Shown piece by piece: positions 20,341-30,830 of a DNA stretch of 64,000 nucleotides. Made by a program: the position numbers and the translations under genes. Numbering within the stretch: the first letter of the stretch is position 1; the number at the start of each line of letters is the position of its first letter. The DNA is from an uncultured Colwellia sp. (GTDB taxonomy: Bacteria > Pseudomonadota > Gammaproteobacteria > Enterobacterales > Alteromonadaceae): the NCBI GenBank assembly GCA_913063325.1, contig CAJXYE010000021.1:215-64214 (forward strand), given 5' to 3'. The notes under the pieces were generated by a model. The model had not been told where the DNA came from and ran no database searches. It saw only the letters and a program-made list of their open reading frames with translations.

Positions 20341-21074
20341 AGTAAGTTAAGGAAGTGTATGCCTTCACAATGCGTCACTGACAAGTTAGATTGAAATATT
20401 GGATCGGAAATGCCAAGCACAGATTGCTCCGCTGTGGTAGTTATCGTGCTTGGTGAGCTTATTGAAGAACCACCGCAAGCAACTAACAAGAGCATTAATG
20501 AGAAAACAACAAACGAATCATGCTACAACTTATAATCTGCGATATTAGCTCTGAGCTGTAATCTCATTACACCATCAATTGGTAATAACACTTCATTAGT
20601 TGGTAATGAATATAAAAATCATTTAATAATAACAACATAAATTTTTTGTAAGTTGTTGTTAATTAGTTTTGTTTTTCATCATATACAAACATGGCAAGCC
20701 AATTTTTTAGCCTTTTTTATGCCGAGGTTGTGACCAATAGTGTCCTTTTGGTAATGCTACTCATTGTTTTTGGTTGACAATTCGTTGTTATACTGGTTAT
20801 ATTGTATTCATAATAAAAATACCGATGTAAACAAATTGGTGAGCTGGTATCAGTGCCGGTAAGTTATATACGATTATATACAAAGCAATTAATCATAGCT
20901 TTTTGGTGTTTATTAGAAGCAACGTTTTATCTATTTTTATTACGTTTTTCAGGATTAGTTAATTTCTTGTGCAGATGCGCCACTATATGCTGAGCGTAAA
21001 GGTACTTTATATAAGAGTCGAAAATAGCTAAACCGAAAAGTACACGAACAGATTCAGCAAAGAGATCGGAAATT

Positions 21075-22118
21075 ATGAAGTCTTTCAATATCCACACATG
21101 TAAGTCGTATCGTCATATACAGCAGAAAATGTGCGACGTTTTCGAAGCGCTAGTTGTTGTTTTAGCTTTTTGTAGCGTATCACTCAATGCTCAGGGAATT
21201 GACACAAACACACCTTTTTCTAAAGCACACAGTAGCCTTTCCGATGGTGTTTTACTGGGGGATTTGTCAAAACTCGATCCGCTTAAAAAGCCAAATGAGA
21301 ATTTTGATTTACTCGATTGGTCGTTAACGTTGCCAACCGATCTCAACAAAGATAAAAAAGCTGATACCGTCTATGAAAAATCATTAGATGAAGGCTTCAA
21401 CTTAAAGCCATTTTTTTATACCGCAGATGATGGTGGCTTGGTATTCGCTTGCCCGAACGTTGGTGCCAAAACCTCAAAAAATACAAAATATGCTAGAACC
21501 GAGCTGCGTGAAATGCTACGCAGAGGTAATAGTCGTATAAAAACCCGTGGCCTTACTAAGAACAACTGGGTTTTCGGCGGTGCACATGGTTCGATGAAAA
21601 CTAAGTCTGGTGGTATTGAAGGCAGTTTGGAAGGAACTTTAGCTGTGAACCGAGTATCAACCACAGGTGATGAAAAAAAGGTTGGACGTGTGATCATCGG
21701 ACAAATTCATGCCACGGATGACGAACCTATTCGTTTATATTACCGAAAATTACCAGGCAACTCGAAAGGAGCTATTTATTTTGCCCATGAAATAAATGGT
21801 GGTGATGATATTTGGATAAATATGATTGGCTCTCGTTCTCATACTTTGTCAGATCCTGATGACGGCATCGCTTTGAACGAAAAATTCTCTTATAAAATTT
21901 CCGTAGAAGACGAAGTGTTGTTCGTCACTATAATCAGGGAAGGTAAGCCTAATATTACTAAGCACTACGATATGAAAAATAGTGGTTATAGTGCTGGTAA
22001 CCAGTATATGTACTTTAAAGCGGGTGTTTATAACCAAAACAATGACGGCGCAGATGGTGATTATGTGCAAGCCACTTTCTATCATATCCATAACATGCAT
22101 AAAGGATATAAGTTTTAG
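21075..22118 (+). CDS. Alginate lyase, PL7
   Basis: YARTELREM, NNWVF, QIHA, YFKAGVYNQ; hydrophobic signal-like segment. Confidence 0.93.
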   Translation: MKSFNIHTCKSYRHIQQKMCDVFEALVVVLAFCSVSLNAQGIDTNTPFSKAHSSLSDGVLLGDLSKLDPLKKPNENFDLLDWSLTLPTDLNKDKKADTVYEKSLDEGFNLKPFFYTADDGGLVFACPNVGAKTSKNTKYARTELREMLRRGNSRIKTRGLTKNNWVFGGAHGSMKTKSGGIEGSLEGTLAVNRVSTTGDEKKVGRVIIGQIHATDDEPIRLYYRKLPGNSKGAIYFAHEINGGDDIWINMIGSRSHTLSDPDDGIALNEKFSYKISVEDEVLFVTIIREGKPNITKHYDMKNSGYSAGNQYMYFKAGVYNQNNDGADGDYVQATFYHIHNMHKGYKF

Positions 22119-22333
22119 CGCAGTTAACCCATCAATTTTTCATTTGTAACTCGTAACTCGTAACCACAATTATTGGTCATGCCAATTGGTAAGTGCATCG
22201 CAACAAATTGGTTGACGCATTGATCTTGGTTGCGTATGTTTAAATTGATATACCTCTATTATAAATATAATAATTTAAGTGGCAGTAACCTGCTTGAAAT
22301 AAAATAAAAATAAAAATAAACGGAGAACTCGAT

Positions 22334-25300
22334 ATGTCCTTAATATTAGGGAAAAACAAAAAATCCATCCATCAGGCAGGGAAGTTTAGGCTTTCACCTA
22401 TAGCAAAATGGGTGAAATTTGCCGCTATTACTTCGGTAACTAGCTCTTTTGTATTTTCGGCAACAGCGCAAGAAGCCCAAACTGAAAATCTAGATAAAGC
22501 CGATAATGATATAGAAGTTGTTCAAATTGTTGGTACACGTAGAACAATTCAAGACCAAATTGCAATAAAGCGTGAAGCGACCACCGTTGTTGACGGTTTA
22601 TCTGCTTCAGATATTGGTGATTTACCTGCGCTTTCAATTGGTGAGGCTCTAGAAACATTAACGGGTGCATCATCTCACCGTGAAAATGGCGGCGCTACTG
22701 AAATCAGTATTCGTGGTCTAGGCCCATTCTTAAGTGCGACTCACATTAATGGCCGTGAAGCGACCAATGGTAGTGGTGACCGTTCAGTTAACTTTTCTCA
22801 GTTCCCATCAGAGTTGATGCAGAAAGTGGCAATTCATAAAACACAAGACGCTTCCATGATTGAAGGTGGGGTTGCCGGTGTTATTACCCTGGAGACACTT
22901 AAGCCTTTAGATTTTGGTAAGCAACGTATTCAGGCTGAAATAAAAGGTAACTACAACCCTGACCAAGCAAACGTTGACAATTCACTTCAAGGTGATGTGG
23001 GCTACCGTGGAACACTAAGTTATGTTGACCAATTTGAATTTGACAACGGTCAAGCATTTGGTGTGAGTGTAGGTTTCCAACGTCAAGATATTAGCCAGCC
23101 AGAAGCTGAATATCGAAGCTCAAGCCCAACTGGCTCATCTTTGTGGGCATGTTTGAATGATCCAACCAATACCAATACCGGTTTTTTCCGTAGCTCAGCG
23201 GGCGATTGTGAAGATGGAGTCAATGGTTCGCGTAACGAAGGTTATAATACTGATATTGATCCAGACACAGGTCTTGCAGTAGATGATGGTACACCATACG
23301 CATTTACTGGCTCAAGCCGAAGTTTCCGTCAAAATGAAACATCTGATGAAAGAGATTCTTTATTCATTGCTCTACAATACCGCCCCTCAGATAAGTGGGA
23401 TATAAATTTAGACGCTCAATTATCAGATCGTACCCAAGCTGAATCTCGTCATGATTTAATCTTCTTGCAAAAGCGTGTTACGCCGGGCGTAACGGGCCAA
23501 AACCTGATCACAAACGATGTTGGTGGTATTCTGCATTGGGAGGGTGATGAACGTATCGAATCCGCGGGCGAGCAGTTTTCGCGTGAAGAAAACTATCGTG
23601 GATACGGATTGAACGTTGAACACTATTACTCTGATGATCTAAAAATTAGTGTTGACCTTGGCTATTCTAAAACAAGCCGTGAAGAACTACAAATATCAAA
23701 CCGAGGAAGAACTAGCTCTCGTCCGTCCTTCTCTTGGGATTTAGGTCAATATATTCCTGAATTCACAGTAACGGATTTTGATGTGACTGATATTTCTAAC
23801 TTTACTAGTGATCTTCGTACCCGCCTCGATAGAGAAAATGTACGCGACAACGAAGTTATGGGTGCACGAGTTGATATTGATTATAATCTAGATAATGATG
23901 TTTTTAGTAGCGTTAAAGCTGGCGTTCGAGTTTCAGAACTTTCGTTTGTTCAATTTGGTGGAACTAACGGTAATGGCTCAAGAAATCAATATGATTTAGA
24001 TGAATCTGTAACATCGGCCATCGACGTACTTGAAGGTTGTCAAATTGACTTCCCTGAAACTGATTTTTTATCCAGTGTTTCTGAAGGTGATATTATCACC
24101 CATGTTGACAGTTCAGGTAATGTTGTAGAAAGCGGTACAGGCGCTTCGTGGGCAACTTACAATAACGAATGTTTCTCTCAAGCAGCAGTAGCTTCTCAAG
24201 GCGGCGAATTCGCATACCCAGAGGTTATATACGAGAATACGGGCACTATTGACGTAACAGAAACAACAACGTCTGCTTACGCAATGCTTAACTACGACAC
24301 TGAAATGTTTGGTAAATTTATTCGTGGTAACTTTGGTGTTCGCGTAGTGAATACTGACGTTACCTCTATTGGCTTTAGAGAAGGTTTTGACGTTGTCACT
24401 GATCCGGCGACAGGTGTGATCAGTCTAGAACCAAACGGTACTATTGAACAGGTTGAAGGTGGCGGTGATTACACTGAAGTACTACCAAGTTTTAACTTAG
24501 TCGTTGATTATAGTGATGATATTCTTCTAAGAGCTGGTGTTTACCGAGGTATGTCACGTGCAGACCCAGGTGATCTAGGTTATAGCCGATCATTCCAAAC
24601 TGATGACGAAAGTGAGCCCGAATCAGTTGAAGACTTGTTAGTTGGTGTTGCTGGTCCTGGTAACCCTGATCTTCAACCATTAATGTCATGGAACTATGAT
24701 GCTGCTGTCGAATGGTACCCGAGCGAAGACTCTATTGTAGCGTTTGGTGTTTACTACAAGCAATTTAATGGCGGTTTCCAACAACAAACAGTGTTAGAGA
24801 CTTTTATCGTAGACGGTGTGGAAGTTGCTTTACCTATTACTAATTCAGTCACTACTGACGAAGAAAGTGACCTTTATGGTCTAGAAGCGTCATTTTCGTA
24901 TCGTTGGGATTCTGGCATTGGTGTGAAGTTTGGTTATAACTATGCAGATACAACCTATGAGTTTGAAGATAGTAACTACGGTAATACCTTTACTACTGAT
25001 TTAGAGGGTGTAACTACTCAGCTTACAGCAGGTATTGTTCCTCCTGGCGCTGTACCTGGATTTTCTGAGCATGTATTCAATGGACAGCTTTACTACCAAA
25101 TTGGCGATTTTGATACCGCGCTTATCTACAAGTATCGTAGCGAATACTTCCAACCTTACACTTCTAACGGCACAAGACTGCGTTATGTTGATGAGGCAGG
25201 TGTTTGGGAGGCTCGTGCTGCTTACAAAATCAATAAACACGTTCGAGTTAAATTTTCAGCAATTAACTTGTTTAGCGAACCTCGTTCTGATGACTTCTAT

Positions 25301-25372
25301 GCTCAAGGTAACTTGGGTAGTGTGAGTGACTACGGTCCTCGCCTATTCGCAGGTATCAGCGTTAAGTACTAG
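22334..25372 (+). CDS. TonB-dependent receptor (likely oligoalginate uptake)
   Basis: Signal peptide, TonB-box-like EVVQIVG, plug DIGDLP..SIGEAL..IRGLG, GNPDLQP, C-terminal aromatic residue. Confidence 0.93.
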   Translation: MSLILGKNKKSIHQAGKFRLSPIAKWVKFAAITSVTSSFVFSATAQEAQTENLDKADNDIEVVQIVGTRRTIQDQIAIKREATTVVDGLSASDIGDLPALSIGEALETLTGASSHRENGGATEISIRGLGPFLSATHINGREATNGSGDRSVNFSQFPSELMQKVAIHKTQDASMIEGGVAGVITLETLKPLDFGKQRIQAEIKGNYNPDQANVDNSLQGDVGYRGTLSYVDQFEFDNGQAFGVSVGFQRQDISQPEAEYRSSSPTGSSLWACLNDPTNTNTGFFRSSAGDCEDGVNGSRNEGYNTDIDPDTGLAVDDGTPYAFTGSSRSFRQNETSDERDSLFIALQYRPSDKWDINLDAQLSDRTQAESRHDLIFLQKRVTPGVTGQNLITNDVGGILHWEGDERIESAGEQFSREENYRGYGLNVEHYYSDDLKISVDLGYSKTSREELQISNRGRTSSRPSFSWDLGQYIPEFTVTDFDVTDISNFTSDLRTRLDRENVRDNEVMGARVDIDYNLDNDVFSSVKAGVRVSELSFVQFGGTNGNGSRNQYDLDESVTSAIDVLEGCQIDFPETDFLSSVSEGDIITHVDSSGNVVESGTGASWATYNNECFSQAAVASQGGEFAYPEVIYENTGTIDVTETTTSAYAMLNYDTEMFGKFIRGNFGVRVVNTDVTSIGFREGFDVVTDPATGVISLEPNGTIEQVEGGGDYTEVLPSFNLVVDYSDDILLRAGVYRGMSRADPGDLGYSRSFQTDDESEPESVEDLLVGVAGPGNPDLQPLMSWNYDAAVEWYPSEDSIVAFGVYYKQFNGGFQQQTVLETFIVDGVEVALPITNSVTTDEESDLYGLEASFSYRWDSGIGVKFGYNYADTTYEFEDSNYGNTFTTDLEGVTTQLTAGIVPPGAVPGFSEHVFNGQLYYQIGDFDTALIYKYRSEYFQPYTSNGTRLRYVDEAGVWEARAAYKINKHVRVKFSAINLFSEPRSDDFYAQGNLGSVSDYGPRLFAGISVKY

Positions 25373-25437
25373 CCAAGCCAAGTACTTAAATAAAACAAGC
25401 TAAATTTGAAGAAATAAATCTTTTGAGAGTAATAAAA

Positions 25438-28422
25438 ATGAATAATAAATCACTTATACCCCTCATCATTGCGACAGGCCTAGTAGGTTGTGGCGGTGAT
25501 GAGGGTGCTGAACTAGATGGTAATACTCGCGGTAGCATAGCAATAACTGGTAGCAACTTTATCGCTGGCGCCTCGCTTACAGCATTAGCTACTGATGCTG
25601 ACGGAATTCAAGCAGACACCATTAGCTACGTTTGGTCAACCGGTACTACCGGCACATCCTACACAATTACTGAAGCTGATGAAGGTTCAGAAATCTCTGT
25701 TTCTGCTAGATATACCGATGATGCAGGCTTTACAGAAGGTGTTGGTGCATCTACACCTGCTATCAACCCAACCTTAAATGTTTCTGCTAGCATTATTAAA
25801 GGTCCTGTAGAGGGTGCAAGTTGTGACATATTTGCAGTTGATGACAGTGGTGTTGCTGTTCTTCCTGCGCAAGCTACTGCAACCTCTGACACTTCAGGTG
25901 GCGTTACATTTAGTAATGTACACTTCGAAGGTGCAGGTTTAATTACCTGTACTGGTGGTACTTATACGGATGAGTCTACAGGTAGTACTTTAGATGCGCC
26001 TCAACTAAGATCTGTAGTGAGTGTCGTTGAAAATATAGTTGCTACGGATGAACAAGGGGTAGAAACCTTACTAGCGCCACCAACCTATGCCGTTTCTCCT
26101 TTAACCGAAATGGCTGTTCAAAACGCTGGTAGTGATTTAAACCTATTTGCTGATGAAGCTGAAATCATTAACGCTCGTTTTGGCATTCGTTTTGATATAA
26201 CAGAAGTGCTTCCTACTGTAGTTGGTACTGTTGAACTGGGTGCTGAAGGTGCTGAAGATGCTGACAGATATGGTTCTGTGTTAGCGCTAATATCACAATT
26301 CGATGCCGACAACGCAGACACAGATTTAGCTACTGTTCTTGAAGAGCTTGCTACTGATCTTGCTGATGGCTCTTTTTCTGAAGAGTCTTTAGCTATACTT
26401 GAGACAGCACAAACTAATTTGCAAACTACTTCACAAGTTGCTAGTGCTGTTGATGAGTCGTTACTTGACGTAATTGGCTCTGCTGCAGGTTACAACAATG
26501 ACCCTGTTGCAGCAATCATTGAAGGTGTGCTTGCAGGTACTGTTCAAAATACTGCTACGGATCCATTAACTGGTTTAGTCACCATTATTGATCCAAACTT
26601 TGAAGAAGACGCTATTGTTGCTCAAACTGATGTAGCACTTGATTATGGTACATTTAGTATCAGCACCAACGGTAGCTGGTCATATGCTGTTAACACTGAA
26701 AACGATACTGTGGCGAACCTTGAATTAGGTAACTCTGTAAGTGATTCAATCACTATCGCTTCTATTGATGGTACCACTGCTGAAATAAGCATACGTGTTG
26801 CAGCACTTACTCAGGTTGTGAAAATAAGCGATACCGGCGGCGATACCGGTGAGATTAGATTTAGCGTTGATAACCTTCGTCAAGGTAAACTGAGTGCATC
26901 TTTCGCTAAAGAGATTGCTCTTGGTAGCGATGGAAGTAATAAAGATGCATATATTACCCTTTATGGTTCATCTGGCAGCTCTGCTGAATCGCTGATAGAT
27001 TTGCGTATTCAAGGAAGTGATACTGACGATGCAGGAACGGTTAGAGATCCTCGTTTCTTTGTTCGAAATACAGACAGTGATGCTTACCCTGGAACAATAG
27101 TCACCGCACCATTTGTTGAAGATCAATTTTACGACGTAGAAATTACATGGGATTTAGATGCGACTGAGCAAATCACCGTGACTATTGACGGTGAAGTGAT
27201 TGGTGGCGGTTCTTTTTCTACTGCTGCTGTTGTTGACTCTGATTTCAACAATTTAGACCAGTGGTTTGTTGACGGTGTGAAAGCTATCCAATTTAGATTC
27301 GGTGATAATGATAGAACTATTCCTTTTGGTTCTTTATATGTTGATAACATTGAGGTGTTTTCTGATACAGCTGGCACTACAAGTATATTTTCAGAGGATT
27401 TTGAAGGTTATGATGTAGGTGAAACTTTAGATGGTACAGACAGCTTGTATGGCTTAGCTATTTACTCAGAAGTTACTGTATTTGATGCTGGTGACGGCAC
27501 AGTAGAACCTACGCCAGCAGTATTCTTTGGTTTAACTGGAAGAATTTCAGGTGATGAGACAACGTCAACAGGTGCAGTAAGTGTACTTGACCCAGATGAT
27601 GGTGAAGCTTTTATTACTCAGACAACCTTAATGGGTACATACGGTACATTAGCAATATTAGATGATGGCTCATGGAGCTATACCCTTGATACTACTGACG
27701 CCACTATTGCTGCACTTGTTGTGGGTGAAAGTGAAATCGATACATTTACTATTGAATCCTATGATGGAACTACCGCTGAATTAGCAATCACCATTACAGG
27801 CACAGTTGTTGTTGCTACGGGAGCAAACAATGTTGCCAGAATGGCAGATACATCATTAACGGCTGATGCGGAGTTACGTTTAACAACTGCGGCACTTGCT
27901 GAAGGCTCTATTTCTACAACCCTTAAGCTACAAGCAATTTCTGGCTTTACTGCTACACCAGATGTTTCTGAAGATAATACCGCTTATATTAGTATTTACG
28001 GTGGCTCTGCCTCTTCAAGTAACCTAACGGGTGAAATTGTCTTTGCTAAAGACGGTGCTGTTAAATATCGTGATGCATCAAAATCTCAACAAACCATTGA
28101 TGGCTTAACTTATTTTGATGATACCGATATTGATGTAGTTATTGAGTGGACTGCAACAGGTTACTCAGTTTCAATTGATGGCGGTACAACGTTCTATGGC
28201 CCTTATCTTGCGATTAATACAGGGACAGCGACAGAAACGTATCAAATCCGTATTGGTAGCTCTTCGAAAGAGTCAGCTAAAGAATTACTGGCTGATGATA
28301 TCGTCATTGCTGATGAAACAGATTCGGCAGTTCTGTCTGAGGACTTTGAAACTTATGTTGTAGATGACGATCTAAGTACTACTTACTATAGTTCTGCCGA
28401 AGCAACAGTTCAAGAAGACTAA
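25438..28422 (+). CDS. Large acidic surface lipoprotein with two VCBS repeats and two copies of an unassigned ~200-aa domain
   Basis: Lipobox LVG-C; VCBS motifs YGTFSISTNGSWSY and GTYGTLAILDDGSWSYTLD; internal duplication ending SEDFE.Y.V. Start ATG 25438 after GAGAG. Confidence 0.8.
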   Translation: MNNKSLIPLIIATGLVGCGGDEGAELDGNTRGSIAITGSNFIAGASLTALATDADGIQADTISYVWSTGTTGTSYTITEADEGSEISVSARYTDDAGFTEGVGASTPAINPTLNVSASIIKGPVEGASCDIFAVDDSGVAVLPAQATATSDTSGGVTFSNVHFEGAGLITCTGGTYTDESTGSTLDAPQLRSVVSVVENIVATDEQGVETLLAPPTYAVSPLTEMAVQNAGSDLNLFADEAEIINARFGIRFDITEVLPTVVGTVELGAEGAEDADRYGSVLALISQFDADNADTDLATVLEELATDLADGSFSEESLAILETAQTNLQTTSQVASAVDESLLDVIGSAAGYNNDPVAAIIEGVLAGTVQNTATDPLTGLVTIIDPNFEEDAIVAQTDVALDYGTFSISTNGSWSYAVNTENDTVANLELGNSVSDSITIASIDGTTAEISIRVAALTQVVKISDTGGDTGEIRFSVDNLRQGKLSASFAKEIALGSDGSNKDAYITLYGSSGSSAESLIDLRIQGSDTDDAGTVRDPRFFVRNTDSDAYPGTIVTAPFVEDQFYDVEITWDLDATEQITVTIDGEVIGGGSFSTAAVVDSDFNNLDQWFVDGVKAIQFRFGDNDRTIPFGSLYVDNIEVFSDTAGTTSIFSEDFEGYDVGETLDGTDSLYGLAIYSEVTVFDAGDGTVEPTPAVFFGLTGRISGDETTSTGAVSVLDPDDGEAFITQTTLMGTYGTLAILDDGSWSYTLDTTDATIAALVVGESEIDTFTIESYDGTTAELAITITGTVVVATGANNVARMADTSLTADAELRLTTAALAEGSISTTLKLQAISGFTATPDVSEDNTAYISIYGGSASSSNLTGEIVFAKDGAVKYRDASKSQQTIDGLTYFDDTDIDVVIEWTATGYSVSIDGGTTFYGPYLAINTGTATETYQIRIGSSSKESAKELLADDIVIADETDSAVLSEDFETYVVDDDLSTTYYSSAEATVQED

Positions 28423-28462
28423 TCATCTTGCAGTTGTAGTTTAATGTTTTAAACATTGTGTT

Positions 28463-28500
28463 AAAAATGCCGCTTATTAATAGCGGCATTTTTTTGTTTT
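28463..28500 (+). terminator. Intrinsic terminator after the VCBS lipoprotein
   Basis: AAAAATGCCGCT-TATTAAT-AGCGGCATTTTT followed by more T. Confidence 0.85.
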
Positions 28501-28518
28501 GATTTTGTAAGCCAGGGC

Positions 28519-29448
28519 ATGCTATTTGAGTGCAACTTTCGCTCTTTTTTAGTTGTTGCAGGACAGAGTCATGCGCAAACAAAAGAATTAAGAAATAGCC
28601 GTAATGAAGTCATTACCCTGGACCCCACTGTGCCACCCGCTAACAACTTTGATTTATCTGATTGGAGCCTTAGCTTACCGGTTGATACTAATAAGGATGG
28701 CATTGCTGATAATGTACCAGAGCGATACCTCGCTAAAGGTTTGTCGGTTAAACCGCTTTTTTATACCGCTGCAGATGGCGGCATGGTTTTTTACGCGCCG
28801 ATAGCAGGGCCAAAAACCTCAAAAAACACTAAATATACCCGCAACGAATTACGAGAAATGCTAAGAAGTGGTAATACTCGCATCAAAACAAAAGGCATTA
28901 CCGAGAATAATTGGGTATTCAGTACCGCTAAAAGAAGGATTAAGAAAAAATCTGGCGGTGTTGATGGTAACTTAGAAGCGACATTAGCGGTTAACCATGT
29001 CACCACTACCGGCGATGTTAAACAGGTAGGTAGAGTGATCATCGGCCAAATTCATGCCACTAAAGATGAACCCGTTAGACTGTATTATCGAAAGTTACCC
29101 GATAATACCAGAGGGGCAATTTATATAGCCCATGAGCCTTTAGAAGGTGAAGAGCAATGGTATGATTTAATTGGCTCGGGTGCGAGTAATGCTAAAACCC
29201 CAACTGAAGGCATTGAATTAGATGAAATTTTTAGTTATAAAATTCAAGTAGATGGTGATTTATTAACGGTAACTATTATCAGACAAGGACAAGTTGATGT
29301 TGTGCAACAAGTAGATATGAGCAACAGTGGTTATAATAAAAGCAACCAATATATGTATTTTAAAGCAGGTGTTTATAACCAAAATAATACCGGTGAACCG
29401 TCTGACTACGTACAAGCAACCTTTTATCAGTTAGACAATAATCACTGA
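28519..29448 (+). CDS. Alginate lyase, PL7 (third paralog; start uncertain)
   Basis: YTRNELREM, NNWVF, QIHA, YFKAGVYNQ; closely resembles the 21075 ORF. Confidence 0.9.
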   Translation: MLFECNFRSFLVVAGQSHAQTKELRNSRNEVITLDPTVPPANNFDLSDWSLSLPVDTNKDGIADNVPERYLAKGLSVKPLFYTAADGGMVFYAPIAGPKTSKNTKYTRNELREMLRSGNTRIKTKGITENNWVFSTAKRRIKKKSGGVDGNLEATLAVNHVTTTGDVKQVGRVIIGQIHATKDEPVRLYYRKLPDNTRGAIYIAHEPLEGEEQWYDLIGSGASNAKTPTEGIELDEIFSYKIQVDGDLLTVTIIRQGQVDVVQQVDMSNSGYNKSNQYMYFKAGVYNQNNTGEPSDYVQATFYQLDNNH

Positions 29449-29565
29449 AACAGCAATCACTAAACAATATTGGGGGCAATTTAGCTATAGTCATTTGTTC
29501 AGCTATAATGCAATAGTATATTCTCTGCTATTTATGGCGAACTACTTCCCTCAATAGGTTTTTTA

Positions 29566-30441
29566 ATGGTTAAATTAACATTATGCAAAAAAACCATTCT
29601 CCTGCTGATAACAATGGCGTTTACTTGTACATCAAATGCAACAGACACAATAAAAATGTTGAAACCGCTACTGGGTTTTGATAAAAGGGCAAAGCACAAA
29701 GATGAAATAATAATACGCTCACTTGAAATAACAGAGGCAGAGTACGGTCCTTTCACATTTGAGAGAATTGATGTCGACATGACACCTAGTAGAGCGCTTG
29801 CCTCAATGAAAGCAGGTAACCTTATTAACATATTTATTGCTCCAGCCAGTAAAATTTGGGAAAAGAATGCTATTCCCATCAAAGTACCTATCAGACTAGG
29901 CTTACTAAGTTATCGTTTGTTATTAGTTAATAAGAAAAATTTACATAAGTTCAAGCAGGTTAAAACATTTGATGATTTGAAAAAATTTAGAGTAGGTCTA
30001 CAGAGTGACTGGATCACAACAAAAATTTTTAAAGAGTTAGGAATGAATGTCATTACGGCTCATAATTTTGAAGGCTTATTCTTAATGTTAGATAAGCAGC
30101 GTTCTGATTATATTCCACGGGCAATTTATGAAATTTATGATGAGTTTAATAACAGAAAAACTAAATTAAACAATGTTGTGATAGAGCCTACATTAGCTTT
30201 ATATTTACCTATGGTTTCTTATGTTTATGTTTCAGCTAGTGCGCCAAATATTGCAAAAAGAGTTAACTCTGGTTTACAAAAATTAGCGAGAACTGGTGAG
30301 TTAAAGAACATTTTTAATAAGTACTACGAAGAAGACGTCCGAAAAGCAAATTTGAAAAACCGACGAATCATTGAAATTATAAATCCTTATTTCAATGACC
30401 AAGACCTATTAAAGGATCAAACTTTATTTTACCCGTACTAA
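29566..30441 (+). CDS. Periplasmic substrate-binding-like protein (PBP type II, orphan)
   Basis: Signal peptide; IKVPIRLGLLSYRLLL, W..TKI, LFLML...R.DYIPR..YEI pattern typical of Alteromonadales orphan binding proteins. Confidence 0.7.
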   Translation: MVKLTLCKKTILLLITMAFTCTSNATDTIKMLKPLLGFDKRAKHKDEIIIRSLEITEAEYGPFTFERIDVDMTPSRALASMKAGNLINIFIAPASKIWEKNAIPIKVPIRLGLLSYRLLLVNKKNLHKFKQVKTFDDLKKFRVGLQSDWITTKIFKELGMNVITAHNFEGLFLMLDKQRSDYIPRAIYEIYDEFNNRKTKLNNVVIEPTLALYLPMVSYVYVSASAPNIAKRVNSGLQKLARTGELKNIFNKYYEEDVRKANLKNRRIIEIINPYFNDQDLLKDQTLFYPY

Positions 30442-30661
30442 TCTTGATGGCTTAGCTAGCTTCGCACGATAGCGAATTATGTTTGTTATCTGTAATCGTG
30501 TCTCACGATTCTTCTCAAACCACATAAATCAATTTTCATCCGGATAATTTTTGACCTTACCTTTTAGCTTTTACAATTTACTCAACGGTTTCTGACCCCC
30601 CTCCCCCTAGTCAAAGCAAACAAATACCATTCCGCCAGTAATCCCCAGCGGTTATTCAGAC

Positions 30662-30716
30662 AAAAAGGCCTCTCAAATGAGAGGCCAAATAGAGAGTATA
30701 GGTATCTACAATCCCA
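30662..30716 (-). terminator. Terminator with conserved upstream element (copy A of putative sRNA 3' end)
   Basis: Minus strand TGGGATTGTAGATACCTATACTCTCTATTTGGCCTCTC-ATTT-GAGAGGCC-TTTTT; paralogous to 37879-37937. Confidence 0.75.
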
Positions 30717-30830
30717 TAAAAGCACCTATTTACAAAACTTGTATAACAACAATTTCTTCTTTGGTGGTAGCTGTATTACGTGCGTTGTGCTTGTGCAGAA
30801 AATGACAACAAGACCTTGAGCTAATTTATT

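Noticed and set aside
28519-28560. Possible frameshift in the T6 run (28545-28550) that would give the third PL7 a better signal peptide (LSATFALFLVVAGQSHA)
   Set aside because: The alternative frame has a stop at 28508 and only a TTG start with no basic n-region; cannot be resolved without orthologs or reads.
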